Assembly (NCBI GenBank): GCA_963666835.2
Contig: CAXXGO010000006.1
Span: forward strand, 1-64,000
Reading direction: 5' to 3'
Length of the DNA stretch: 64,000 nucleotides
DNA from: Phycisphaerae bacterium
GTDB taxonomy: Bacteria > Planctomycetota > Phycisphaerae > UBA1845
Below, one piece after another: positions 28,786 through 38,572 of this stretch; within the stretch, counting starts at the first letter, position 1; the number at the start of each line of letters is the position of its first letter. The translations under genes and the position numbers were made by a program. Under the pieces are notes generated by a model. It was not told the origin of the DNA. It saw nothing but the letters and a program-made list of their open reading frames with translations, and did not search any database.

Positions 28786-29538
28786 GGGTGGCCCACGTCC
28801 TTTTGTTTTTGCCTTGCGTTCCGAACCTCCGCGGGTCGTTCAAGGCCCATTCCGCCGGACGTGGGGGAGCCGATGATCAGTGTGCAGGTCGAGGCACGAG
28901 ACCTGCCGCGGTCTTCGCGCGAAACGCGCATTTGCGGCAGGTCTCGTTCCTCGACCATGCCCTACACCCGCCGACGCTGCCCTGCAAAGAGGCCGTCGTA
29001 ATCAGTCTTCGGGCGACCACTGGCAAGCTGCAGCAGCCCATACTTGTGAGGCGAGATCGAATAACGGACGGTACTTCCCCGTGCAAGTCGGCAACGCTTG
29101 CCCATGCCACCCTCGATGGCAGGTCTCGTACCTCGACCATGCCCTACAGATCGCCGACTGATTGCGGAATGCAAGGTGGGTGGCCCATACCTTTTGTCTT
29201 TGCCTTGCGTTCCGAACCTCCGCGGGTCGTTCAAGGCCCATTCCGCCGGACGTGGGGGAGCCGATGATCAGTGTGCAGGTCGAGGCACGAGACCTGCCGC
29301 GGTCTTCGCGCGAAACGCGCATTTGCGGCAGGTCTCGTTCCTCGACCATGCCCTACACCCGCCGACGCTGCCCTACAAAGAGGCCGTCGTAATCAGTCTT
29401 CGGGCGACCACTGGCAAGCTGCAGCAGCCCATACTTGTGGCGCGAGATCGAATAACGGACGGTACTTCCCTGTGCAAGTTGGCAACGCTTGCCCATGCCA
29501 CCCTCGATGGCAGGTCTCGTACCTCGACCATGCCCTAC
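28786..29538. repeat. Tandem duplication, period 391 bp, built from REP units
   Basis: Copies at about 28786-29147 and 29178-29538 are nearly identical; inverted end motifs recur at about 29616-29704. Confidence 0.9.
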
Positions 29539-29756
29539 GGCTGTCTGCCCGCAGAACGCTGCGCAACGCCCGGGTCGACGACTGCGCGGGCGGCGCTCAT
29601 CGGCGCGCCTGAAGACCATCGGCTCCCCCACGTCCAGGCAACATGAGTTCGCGTGATTCTCGACAGACTGAAACATGCACAAAAGTCAAAAGGACGGGCC
29701 ACCCAGCCGCCATGCGCGGAAGTCAGGAAAGGCATGGGACACCAAGCCGGTATTGG

Positions 29757-31862
29757 TCATGCCGACCACAGTTTGTTCAAGCGGGTGCGGAGGGCCTCCA
29801 CGCCGGCCGGTTCACAAGATGCCGGTTCTTCGGCCGAATCGCCGTTCACCCCGGGGGTCCGCTCTTCGAAGTTCGCCCGGACCGTCCGGGAGAGGTATCG
29901 GCTGATTTGGGCGTAGCCGTGGGCGTCGTGGCCACCGAAACGATGGTGGTAGTACCGCAGTGGGAAGTACACGTAGAGGTCGTCCTTCGCCCGGGTCATG
30001 GCGACGTAGAGCAGGCGCCTTTCCTCGTCGATCCCGGCCTCATCGCGCACGGCCATATCCGACGGAATCATACCGTCGGCCACGTGAATGATGTGCACCG
30101 CAGTCCATTCACAACCCTTGGCAGAGTGAATGGTGCTCAGGACGAGGTAGTCATCATCCAAATGAGGCGGCTGAGCCAGGTCGGACGTAGCCGACGGCGG
30201 ATCGAGAGTCAGATCCGTAACGAACCGGGCTCGCGAGCGATATCGACCTGCAATCTGCTCGAGCTGCTCGAGGTCCTTCAGCCGGACGGCGGCGTTGTCG
30301 TACACGCACTCGAAGATGGGCTGATAGACCCGGGCGATGCGTTCGATCTGGGATGCCAGCGGCGGCTCGGCTGTTGGTGTCTCCTCTGTGTCATCTAACT
30401 TCACTCCGCAACAATCCGCAAGGGCGGCGCGCAGCTCGCTGAACTGTTGCCGGATTGAAGGAGAGACCACCGGCGGCTCGGTGAACAGACGCATCAACGG
30501 CGAGAGCATCGCCGACTCGCTATCAGCGGAGTCCGCAACAGTCGGATCGGAACTTACCGCCAACGACTCCATAATCCGTTGAGCGGTACGGGGTCCGACG
30601 CCCGGCAGAAGCTGTAGGATGCGGAACCAGCTTATTTGATCGTACGGGTTCTCGAGCACGCGGAGGAAGGCCAGCATGTCCTTGATGTGAGCGGTTTCGA
30701 TGAACTTCAACCCGCCGTATTTGTGGTACGGAATATTCCGGCGAGCCAGCTCGATCTCCAGATCGGCACTATGATGGGCGGCGCGGAAGAGAACCGCCTG
30801 CTCCCGCAGCGGGATCGACTGTTCGTACTGCTCCAGGATGTTCCGGCAGACCTCGGCGGTTTGCTCCGCTTCATCCTGACAGTGAACCAGAACCGGCTTC
30901 TGTTCCGCTTCGCGCTGGGACCACAGGCTTTTCGTGTAACGCTCCCGGGCTTGCTCCATCACCGCGTTGGCTGCGGTCAGAATCGGTTGGGTCGAGCGGT
31001 AGTTGCGATCAAGTGTCACCGTGGTAGCACCCGGGAACTCCTGCGGGAAGTCCAGGATGTTGCGGATCGTGGCCGCCCGGAACGAGTAAATCGATTGCGC
31101 ATCATCCCCCACAACGGTGATGGCATCATACTTACGGCGCATCCCGCGCAGGATCCGCGCTTGAACGGTGTTAGTGTCTTGATACTCATCGACCAGGATA
31201 TGCTCGAACCGATTCGCCAGCGCCGCTCCGGTTTCCGCCGTGGAACACAACTCGTTCCAAAAGAGGAGCAAGTCGTCATAATCGAGCAGATTCTGGGCGG
31301 CTTTGCGTTGTATGTATCGCTCGAAGATCGGCCGGATCTCATCCAGATCGTCGGCGCACCACGGGAAGTGCGTCTCCAGCACTTCGCGCAGCGGCTGCTG
31401 GGCGTTGACCGTGTGCGAGTATATTTTGACCAGCGTCGTTTTCTTGGGAAAACGCTGATTCCGCTTGGCCGGCCCCAGTTCGCTACGGATCAGGTTCATC
31501 AAGTCGCCCGCGTCGCCCTCGTCCATAACGGTGAAGCCGTCGGCCAGTCGGATAGCCTTGCCATAGATTCTCAGCAGGCGGTTGGCCACCGCGTGAAACG
31601 TACCGCCCCAGACCTTTCCCGCCCCGGCGGTCCCGCAGAGATGGTTCGCCCGGCCGATCATCTCGGCCGCCGCCCGGCGGGTAAACGTCAGCAGCAGGAT
31701 TCGACTGGGATCGACCCCCTGCTCGATCAGATACGCCACCCGGCAGGCGAGGGTTTTGGTCTTGCCGGTGCCCGCACCGGCGATGACGAGCAAAGGCCCA
31801 CCGTCGTGAGTTACCGCCGTTTTCTGGGCGGGATTGAGTTGATCGAGCCATGAATCCGCCAT
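29757..31862 (-). CDS. uvrD: UvrD/Rep/PcrA-family ATP-dependent DNA helicase
   Basis: AGAGTGKT, TFH, VDEYQDTN, VGDDAQSIYSFR, NYRS, STIHSAKG, EERRLLYVAMTRA. Confidence 0.92.
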   Translation of the reverse strand: MADSWLDQLNPAQKTAVTHDGGPLLVIAGAGTGKTKTLACRVAYLIEQGVDPSRILLLTFTRRAAAEMIGRANHLCGTAGAGKVWGGTFHAVANRLLRIYGKAIRLADGFTVMDEGDAGDLMNLIRSELGPAKRNQRFPKKTTLVKIYSHTVNAQQPLREVLETHFPWCADDLDEIRPIFERYIQRKAAQNLLDYDDLLLFWNELCSTAETGAALANRFEHILVDEYQDTNTVQARILRGMRRKYDAITVVGDDAQSIYSFRAATIRNILDFPQEFPGATTVTLDRNYRSTQPILTAANAVMEQARERYTKSLWSQREAEQKPVLVHCQDEAEQTAEVCRNILEQYEQSIPLREQAVLFRAAHHSADLEIELARRNIPYHKYGGLKFIETAHIKDMLAFLRVLENPYDQISWFRILQLLPGVGPRTAQRIMESLAVSSDPTVADSADSESAMLSPLMRLFTEPPVVSPSIRQQFSELRAALADCCGVKLDDTEETPTAEPPLASQIERIARVYQPIFECVYDNAAVRLKDLEQLEQIAGRYRSRARFVTDLTLDPPSATSDLAQPPHLDDDYLVLSTIHSAKGCEWTAVHIIHVADGMIPSDMAVRDEAGIDEERRLLYVAMTRAKDDLYVYFPLRYYHHRFGGHDAHGYAQISRYLSRTVRANFEERTPGVNGDSAEEPASCEPAGVEALRTRLNKLWSA

Positions 31863-32161
31863 TGTCCGAGTCCCTCTCGCCGCGAAAACCGCGTTGCGGG
31901 TCATACCGACCAAAAGCCTACCGGTTCGGCCTTGGTTTGGGTAGCACGATTGCCGAAATCGCCCTTTTTGACGGGCAATTCCAGGATAGCCCATCTCCGG
32001 CAAAGCCGATCAACATGCCCGTCATCGCACCGGCTCGACCCGCCGGGCTCCCCGTGATACTGTGGGTGGAGGACATCGATGAGTTCAGCCGGCCTTGGAT
32101 AACCGGCGAATGCAAAGCGGTTGACCGTCGTTGTTGTCAGCCGGATCGGTGAGGGCAGCGG

Positions 32162-32776
32162 TTGAGTCGCTATCGGATTCCTAAAGGACGCTTTCGGACA
32201 GAGCTGCGGGTCTCGAACTCGCGGTTCATCTCGACGGCGGCGCCGGCTTTCTCAGTGAAGGAGGCGCAGGATTTTATCCGGTCGATCCGGGCCGAGATGC
32301 CGGATGCCAGCCATCACGTCTACGCCTTCAAGGTCGGCTACGGAGCCAGCGTGTCCGAGGGAATGAGCGACGACGGAGAGCCTTCCGGCACTTCGGGCCC
32401 GCCGGCGCTGGCGGTCCTTCGCGGAACCGATCTGGGAGACGTCGTTCTGGTCATCACGCGGTACTTCGGAGGAACGAAGCTCGGCACCGGTGGTTTGGTT
32501 GCGGCCTACACCAAGGCGGCTCAGATGGTGTTCGAAGACCTGGAGACGGAAGAGAAGGTCACGCGCTGCCGGGTGGCGATCGACGTTCCGTACGCCCTTC
32601 TCGAGCAGGTTCGCCGCTTGTACGCAGAGCACGAGTGCATTCTCGAAGACGAGCAGTATGGGGCCGAGGTGGCGATGCGGTTTCTCGTTCCGCAGGAGCA
32701 GGTGCCGGCATTCGGCCAGGCTCTGGCCAATCTGTCCGCGGGTAAGATCGTATTGAAGCCCGTGGACGATGATTGA
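32162..32776 (+). CDS. yigZ: IMPACT/YigZ family protein
   Basis: SRFI, SDDGEPSGTSG and TRYFGGTKLGTGGL motifs. Confidence 0.92.
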   Translation: MSRYRIPKGRFRTELRVSNSRFISTAAPAFSVKEAQDFIRSIRAEMPDASHHVYAFKVGYGASVSEGMSDDGEPSGTSGPPALAVLRGTDLGDVVLVITRYFGGTKLGTGGLVAAYTKAAQMVFEDLETEEKVTRCRVAIDVPYALLEQVRRLYAEHECILEDEQYGAEVAMRFLVPQEQVPAFGQALANLSAGKIVLKPVDDD

Positions 32777-32854
32777 AAAAGGGTCCAGGCACCTCGCGGA
32801 AGGCGTCTCTTGATACCGTAAGTGGGAATCGGCTCTGAGCCAGTCTCCTTTTTC
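32776..32854. repeat. Variant family P-like palindromic element
   Basis: TGA-AAAAGGGTCCAGGCACC ... GAGCCAGTCTCCTTTTT between convergent genes. Confidence 0.5.
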
Positions 32855-32866
32855 AACCGCCTGCGC

Positions 32867-34216
32867 TTAGCCGACCGCCTCCAGCCAGGGCTCTACCGGG
32901 AAGGTCTTGACCTCGATCATAACGCCCAGATCCTTCCAATGGTCGATAATCGTGTTGTATACCTCGGGGCAGTCCTCGCGGGCTATGCCGATCTTCTCGG
33001 CCCGATCCTTAATGGCTTCCTTCATGGCATCGTTGATGGGCTTGCCCGGCTCCTTCATGGCCGTCCAGATTAGCTCCGTCAGGAACAGCGCCCGGGCCAG
33101 GTCCCGCTCCAGAGTGCCGGGTGGCAGGAACTGCTCGTTGTCCGGCTCGCTCTGATAGAGTACCGCCTGCCAGAAGAACTCCGGCAGGCCCCATTCGGCC
33201 ATCATCTCCCCGGCGAGTTCGTTGTGATCGATGCGAAGGGTGTGGTGCTCCAGACTGAGCAAGTGCTTCGGATCATCCGAGCCAGCGCAGGCCAGGAGCT
33301 CGGCGTATTCCTTCGGTATGGCCGTGGCGAACGCCAGCCGGCCGATCTGGCACAGAAGTCCGGCAGCGAAGGCGGTGTCGGGGTCGCAACTTCGCCTCTT
33401 CAGGGTGAACAGGTATCGGGCCGTGGCCGCCCGCGCCGCGCATTCCGTCCAGTACTCCTCGTAGTCGAAGGCCGGGCACCCACCCTTCCGGCTTCCGGAT
33501 ACCAACGAGAACGCCAGGATCAAGCTCTTCAGCGTCCTGTACCCCAGAGGCCGGACGGCTTCTTCGACCGACTTCGCGGGGCGCTGCAATCCCACGAAGG
33601 CCGAGTTGGCGTATTTCATGATCCGCGCCGAGATCGCGGGATCGTTCTTGATGACATCAACAGCCTGCTGAATACTGGCGTTCGGGTCGTCGGCGAGCTT
33701 CATGATCTTGAGAGCAATACCGGGCGGGGACGGCAAGTTTGTCGTATCCTTAAGTTGCTCGAACGCGATCTTCTTGCCCATCGCGGCCAACTCCGGGTCG
33801 TCGGGAAACTCGCATGCCGCCTGCTCGATCTGCCGCTGCAAGATACCGTCTGGCAACCCGATTACTCCGCCCTTCTCGCGGATGTTCTCGGCGGCACGTT
33901 CCACTTCCCGGACCGCATTGTCGACCGGATCCGGCTCTTGCGGGGAGGGCGCTGCGGAGGTCTTTGGATGATTGCCCAAGTGGAGCCCGATCTCGAGATC
34001 TACTCTCAGGGACTTCATCAACTCGTAAACTGTCGCAGTGGCTTGACGGGCGTCGTCGATTCGAAACTTGACGAACCTGATCAGGAGGCGTGCCGCCTCG
34101 CACAGGAAGGCCCTTAGCTCGCTCCGGCCGTCTGTCAAGGGATCGCGATTCAATCTACCGCGATAGCGTTCAACTTCGTCGCCGCCGTATTCTGCGTTCA
34201 TGCCGGCTCCGGTCAT
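32867..34216 (-). CDS. HDOD-domain protein with unrecognised N-terminal region
   Basis: LPSPPGIA, DPAISARIMKYANSA, AFAAGLLCQIGRL, DHNELAGEMMAEWGLP. Confidence 0.88.
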   Translation of the reverse strand: MTGAGMNAEYGGDEVERYRGRLNRDPLTDGRSELRAFLCEAARLLIRFVKFRIDDARQATATVYELMKSLRVDLEIGLHLGNHPKTSAAPSPQEPDPVDNAVREVERAAENIREKGGVIGLPDGILQRQIEQAACEFPDDPELAAMGKKIAFEQLKDTTNLPSPPGIALKIMKLADDPNASIQQAVDVIKNDPAISARIMKYANSAFVGLQRPAKSVEEAVRPLGYRTLKSLILAFSLVSGSRKGGCPAFDYEEYWTECAARAATARYLFTLKRRSCDPDTAFAAGLLCQIGRLAFATAIPKEYAELLACAGSDDPKHLLSLEHHTLRIDHNELAGEMMAEWGLPEFFWQAVLYQSEPDNEQFLPPGTLERDLARALFLTELIWTAMKEPGKPINDAMKEAIKDRAEKIGIAREDCPEVYNTIIDHWKDLGVMIEVKTFPVEPWLEAVG

Positions 34217-34587
34217 ACGAGCACCGCCTCTCGCTCGAAGGTGAGCCCTTTCCCACCAAGCGCAACGTTCAAGTCGCTAAGAGCATCAAAAAGAGCCTGA
34301 ATGTCGGCGTCGTCAGCGGAGCCGCGCATGATCAGAACATCGAGATAAGCATCTTCCGCAGGCAACTCTTCGAATGCCGAGTTGCTGAACTCCCACCTCA
34401 GGACCGGAACTCGCGGAGTAAGATCTGCGAGACGGATCAGGTCGGGCCGGGTCGGATGGAGCGGAATCGCCACGAGCCGGTCGGCGTTGTCGACAAAGAA
34501 GACGGTATCCCCCGTAGAGTGGGTCAGTTTCCACCCCTTTCTCTCCATCAACTCCCGCACGTAGGATGTTCTAAGAACTCTGGCCAT
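34213..34587 (-). CDS. Hypothetical protein, N-terminus HicA-like
   Basis: ATGA-coupled to the HDOD gene; ELMERKGW...G..F...RLVAIPLHP pattern resembles the HicA fold. Confidence 0.55.
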   Translation of the reverse strand: MARVLRTSYVRELMERKGWKLTHSTGDTVFFVDNADRLVAIPLHPTRPDLIRLADLTPRVPVLRWEFSNSAFEELPAEDAYLDVLIMRGSADDADIQALFDALSDLNVALGGKGLTFEREAVLV

Positions 34588-35224
34588 GTGTGCTACCCTT
34601 CGCATGCCCATGCCAAACGGGCCAAGCCCCCCACTCGCCTTGAGACTGCCTGGAGGACCCGCACCTTGGCACGGTATCATTCGTAATTCGTCGGCTCCTC
34701 GGAAAGGAGGGGAGCCCAAACGCAACTTCACGTGTACGGATTCCTATCGGCAAGGCCGCCGGGACTGTGTAGCTGTCAAGCGGACTCTCTGCAAAACCCG
34801 TGGGCAAACACCGAACCGTGCCGCATAGAGCGGACCACGGGAGAGGTGCCAGTTGTGCGACAGTGAATCCCCGATACAGGAATACCTTGTGGGATAAACC
34901 CGCATCGTGGATGGAAGCCGGCAGGTGCGCTACTGCTCACCGGCAGTGCAGGGACTCGGTACGGTCGGGATCGGCCCCGATCCTCTACGTATGACAAAGC
35001 GCCGGGTACGCTTGCCGAGGATGCCATGATCGGATACCGCTGGGTTGAAACGTCGTGTCGCAACCTTGTCGGCAAAATCGACTGCTGAGAGATGCTACCC
35101 CGCGCCTCAAAATGGCCCGACGTTTTCGATTGGCTCGACGGGTGCAGGTCGATACAATAAACACAGCCGATCGGTGGTAGTTCCGATGGCATTGCCGGTC
35201 ACATCTGGAAGAAGGGACGGAAAA

Positions 35225-36049
35225 GTGAAAGCGCACCCAGCCCGCTCGGCACTTCTGCTCGTTGTCGTTCTTACCGTATCGCTAGCCTTGGGTGATCCCG
35301 TTGGGCCGGGTTGGCCTCCGCCCGGTGGCGCCGACTGGGCCGGTTCGGGTGAAAGCCCGGGCCACACCGGCGGGCTGGTCTGGCAATACAGCAACCTCGA
35401 TCCGGTCGGCGGCGGTCTCGCCGATCTGTGGTGGGGAACAAGCGCGAACTCTATGCGCATCTCCCTGGATAACGGCGAGAACTACTCCGGTGCGGAGATC
35501 CTGGTATTCTCCGCAACGCACAGCACGTCCACGACAGCGTATTGGACGGGCTATTCACACTTGACGTGGTATCATCGAACTCAAGGCCGGCGGACCGACC
35601 AGATTAGCGTCAGGTTCTCGATCGCTCTAACGGGCGGTGCTACCTGGGTGGATCCGGGTTCGACGGGGGTCACCGGCCATAGCGGCACTATCGCGGTGGT
35701 CACCGGTGACTTCGTCGCGATCTTGTTGGCGGAGGGTTACATGCCAAGTAGTCCCAACGGAGACTGGGCATGGCAACCGATCAACGTCGGCTTTGATTCA
35801 GTCTCCACCGAGGGAGGGACGGGGATCTCCTTCAGTACGGGATTCTGGTGGCAGTTTCCGCCCGGGTTCGGCGACCTGGACGGCGATTACGACGTCGATC
35901 TTGACGACCACGCCCTGTTCGCCGGCTGCATGGACGGGCCCGGCGTCGCCTATCCGACCTCCTCCTGCGAGCGCGGAGATCTGGACGACGGCGACGTTGA
36001 CCTTGGAGATTTCGCCGAGTTTCAGAACGTCTTCGGTACTACCGGTTAG
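35225..36049 (+). CDS. Secreted protein with C-terminal dockerin-like EF-hand repeats
   Basis: Signal peptide from GTG 35225; GDLDGDYDVDLDD...GDVDLGDFAEFQ. Confidence 0.8.
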   Translation: MKAHPARSALLLVVVLTVSLALGDPVGPGWPPPGGADWAGSGESPGHTGGLVWQYSNLDPVGGGLADLWWGTSANSMRISLDNGENYSGAEILVFSATHSTSTTAYWTGYSHLTWYHRTQGRRTDQISVRFSIALTGGATWVDPGSTGVTGHSGTIAVVTGDFVAILLAEGYMPSSPNGDWAWQPINVGFDSVSTEGGTGISFSTGFWWQFPPGFGDLDGDYDVDLDDHALFAGCMDGPGVAYPTSSCERGDLDDGDVDLGDFAEFQNVFGTTG

Positions 36050-36133
36050 CAGGACCACCAACCTGTTAACGCTTGCGGAGGATCAGTGCGGTAACCATTA
36101 CGGCGGGGCACCCGCGTTATTCCGGGACCGGCA

Positions 36134-36502
36134 CTACCGATTCTCTTTGGAGAGGTCTTGGTCGTCCGTGATGATGCGCTGGATAGCGCTTTTGAGGAAC
36201 GTCATCTTCGTGTTAGTCGATTCATCGACCTTGACGACAACCTCGTTGTCCTTCACCGAGATGATCGTGCCGAACACACCGCCAACAGTAAGAACCCGGT
36301 CGTTCTTGGCCATGCTGGCGTACATCTGGTCACGCTGGCGCTTCTCGCGCTTGCGCTGGCTCCGCGAGGTGAGCAACATGAACGCCACCAGGGCTATCAT
36401 TATGGCCAGGAAGAAGAACGGGTTACCCGGCTGTGGGCTTGGGGTGGTCGGTCCGGGTGCCGCCGGAGCCGCCTGGGCGATGACTGCAAGCCATGAACTC
36501 AT
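36134..36502 (-). CDS. yajC: Preprotein translocase subunit YajC
   Basis: Single TM helix, KNDRVLTVGGVFGTI, KSAI; directly follows tgt. Confidence 0.95.
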   Translation of the reverse strand: MSSWLAVIAQAAPAAPGPTTPSPQPGNPFFFLAIMIALVAFMLLTSRSQRKREKRQRDQMYASMAKNDRVLTVGGVFGTIISVKDNEVVVKVDESTNTKMTFLKSAIQRIITDDQDLSKENR

Positions 36503-37632
36503 GTGGTTTCCTCGTTGTTGTCGGTAGTAGTCGTCGCCATCGCGGCGATCGGATATTCCTGCAAGATTCTCGCGAGTTCGCCCTCACGAATCAAATCTCG
36601 AATCCTCGTCATAAACCTCTGATAAAAACGGAGGTTATGAATCGAAGTCAAAGTCGGCCCCAGCATCTCGCCCACGTTGAACAGATGCCGGATGTACCCG
36701 CGTGAGAACCGCGCGCACGCCTCGCAATCACAATCACCCTCGAACGGACGATCGTCGAGCCGATGCTGCTCGTTTCGCATCTTCAACGGACCCGATCGGG
36801 TGAACGCGTGACTGTTGCGACCGTTACGCGTCGGCAGCACGCAATCGAACATGTCGACCCCCGCCTGCACGGCCGCCAGGATGTCCCGCGGCATGCCCAC
36901 CCCCATCAGATACCGTGGACGGTCGACCGGCAGGAAGCCCGCCACCGGACCCAGCACGGCCGCCATCTCCTCGTGTGTCTCCCCGACCGACAATCCGCCG
37001 ATTGCATACCCGTCGAATCCAATCTCAATGAGCTTCTCCGCACAGCGCTGCCGCTCGCTAAGATCCAGCCCGCCCTGGACAATGCCGAACAAAGCCTGAT
37101 CGCTCCGCGCGTGGGCCTGTTTGCACTGACCCGCCCAGCGGATGGTGCGGTCCACGGCCGTCACCAGGGTCGATTTATCGCAAGGCAGCGGAGGACACTC
37201 ATCAAAGGCCATGATCACATCGGCCCCAAGCTTGTTCTGCACGTCGGTCGCGATTCGCGGATCCAGCCGCATCGCTGCCCCGTCGATGTGCGAGCGAAAC
37301 TCGACGCCGTCGTCGGTGATCCGGTTAATCCCGGCCAGCGAGAAGACCTGATAGCCACCGCTGTCGGTGAGTATCGGACCATCCCAGCCCATGAACCCGT
37401 GCAGCCCGCCCAGGTCTCTAACCACCTTGGCCGTGGGTCGCAGTTGCAGGTGATAGGTGTTGGCCAGGATCATCCCGGTGCCGGTTTCGCGTAATTGTGT
37501 GGGCGTTACGCCTTTCACCGAGCCGGACGTGCCCACCGGCATGAAGACGGGCGTCTCCACCGCGCCGTGCGGCGTGCTCAGCGCACCGGCTCGTGCTGAA
37601 CCATCGGTGTTGGTTACTTTGAAAGAGAACAT
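36499..37632 (-). CDS. tgt: Queuine tRNA-ribosyltransferase
   Basis: TPVFMPVGT, TDSGGYQVFSL, GIVQGG, DMFDCVLPTR, CxCxxC..H Zn site. Confidence 0.97.
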   Translation of the reverse strand: MFSFKVTNTDGSARAGALSTPHGAVETPVFMPVGTSGSVKGVTPTQLRETGTGMILANTYHLQLRPTAKVVRDLGGLHGFMGWDGPILTDSGGYQVFSLAGINRITDDGVEFRSHIDGAAMRLDPRIATDVQNKLGADVIMAFDECPPLPCDKSTLVTAVDRTIRWAGQCKQAHARSDQALFGIVQGGLDLSERQRCAEKLIEIGFDGYAIGGLSVGETHEEMAAVLGPVAGFLPVDRPRYLMGVGMPRDILAAVQAGVDMFDCVLPTRNGRNSHAFTRSGPLKMRNEQHRLDDRPFEGDCDCEACARFSRGYIRHLFNVGEMLGPTLTSIHNLRFYQRFMTRIRDLIREGELARILQEYPIAAMATTTTDNNEETT

Positions 37633-37671
37633 GCGTCGCTGTTGTGATTCGTTACCGTCTGTTGCGCGGGA

Positions 37672-38229
37672 TCAGGCCGCGCCGGCTTGCCCCTCGGTGA
37701 GGGCGGCCCGGACGCTCTCGAGGACCTGACAATCGCAATAGGCCCCATGGCGAATGAACACCAGCCGGGCATCGCGGATTTTGAGGTCGGAGTATTGCTT
37801 GGCAACGAGAACCTCGACGGACTTGGCAAATCCGCCGGTGCAGGCTGTCTTCGGTGACGACCCCAACGCTTCGCGCAGGGCGTCGAAAAAGCTGATTCGA
37901 ACCAGCTCGGCGTGGATGCTGGCCTCCTTGTCGGCCATGTCCTCGCTACGCGGCTCGCGCAGGAAATCGTCAATCGTCTCGCCGGGGGCCAGCTCCAGCC
38001 AGATGAACCCATCGAGGCGCGTCTGGCGGTATTGCTCCGGGATAACGCAAACCAGACGCTGGAAGCGTTCTTCGGGCAACAGGCCCGCGAAGCCCGGCCA
38101 GCGGAAGGTCACGCACATCCGATCCCAGCGGTCGCTGTGGCCCACCTCGACGGTAAGCCCGGGGAACGACCGGGCGAGCATCGTAACGAGGTCCATCTCC
38201 AGCTTGCGGTTCTCTTTGCTATCGCTCAT
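37672..38229 (-). CDS. Hypothetical protein, BolA-like N-terminus and DUF2695-like C-terminus
   Basis: FAGLLPEERFQRL resembles the BolA helix; C...HGAYCDCQVL resembles the GGYCDCEVL motif. Confidence 0.55.
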   Translation of the reverse strand: MSDSKENRKLEMDLVTMLARSFPGLTVEVGHSDRWDRMCVTFRWPGFAGLLPEERFQRLVCVIPEQYRQTRLDGFIWLELAPGETIDDFLREPRSEDMADKEASIHAELVRISFFDALREALGSSPKTACTGGFAKSVEVLVAKQYSDLKIRDARLVFIRHGAYCDCQVLESVRAALTEGQAGAA

Positions 38230-38340
38230 ACCGTAGCAATGTCTCCAGGACGGCTCGGATGTCAAGACAGCGCGGCCCTGAGGTTTGCAGTTGCCGGTTT
38301 GCCCCGCTTCTCAGTACCATGGGTCCCATAATTGCCATGC

Positions 38341-38420
38341 AAAAAAGGGGTCGGGAGTCTTTTTTATCGGAGAATGGGTTCGCCTCAGAGGCGACAGAAC
38401 CGCAAAAAAGACTCCCGACC
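38341..38420. repeat. Family P element whose right arm is split by IS4 (remainder at 39900-39914)
   Basis: AAAAAAGGGGTCGGGAGTCTTTTT ... AAAAAAGACTCCCGACC | IS | CTCCCGACCCCTTTT. Confidence 0.9.
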
Positions 38421-38572
38421 CAATAGTGTTCGGCACTCAGATTGCGTATGGCGATGGATGCCGCAGAGGAGGGGCGCGGCCTTGTTTCGGTAGTGGGCGT
38501 CTTTTGGAGGAGCGTACCGAGAGAAATCCGCGCATGCGCAGCGGCCGGTTCCGTGCGGGCGCCACGACGCGG

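Noticed and set aside
28658..29735. Many overlapping short ORFs between the S8 protease and uvrD
   Set aside because: All lie within the REP duplication and carry recurring REP-translation strings such as GRSRTSTMPY and RGTRPA
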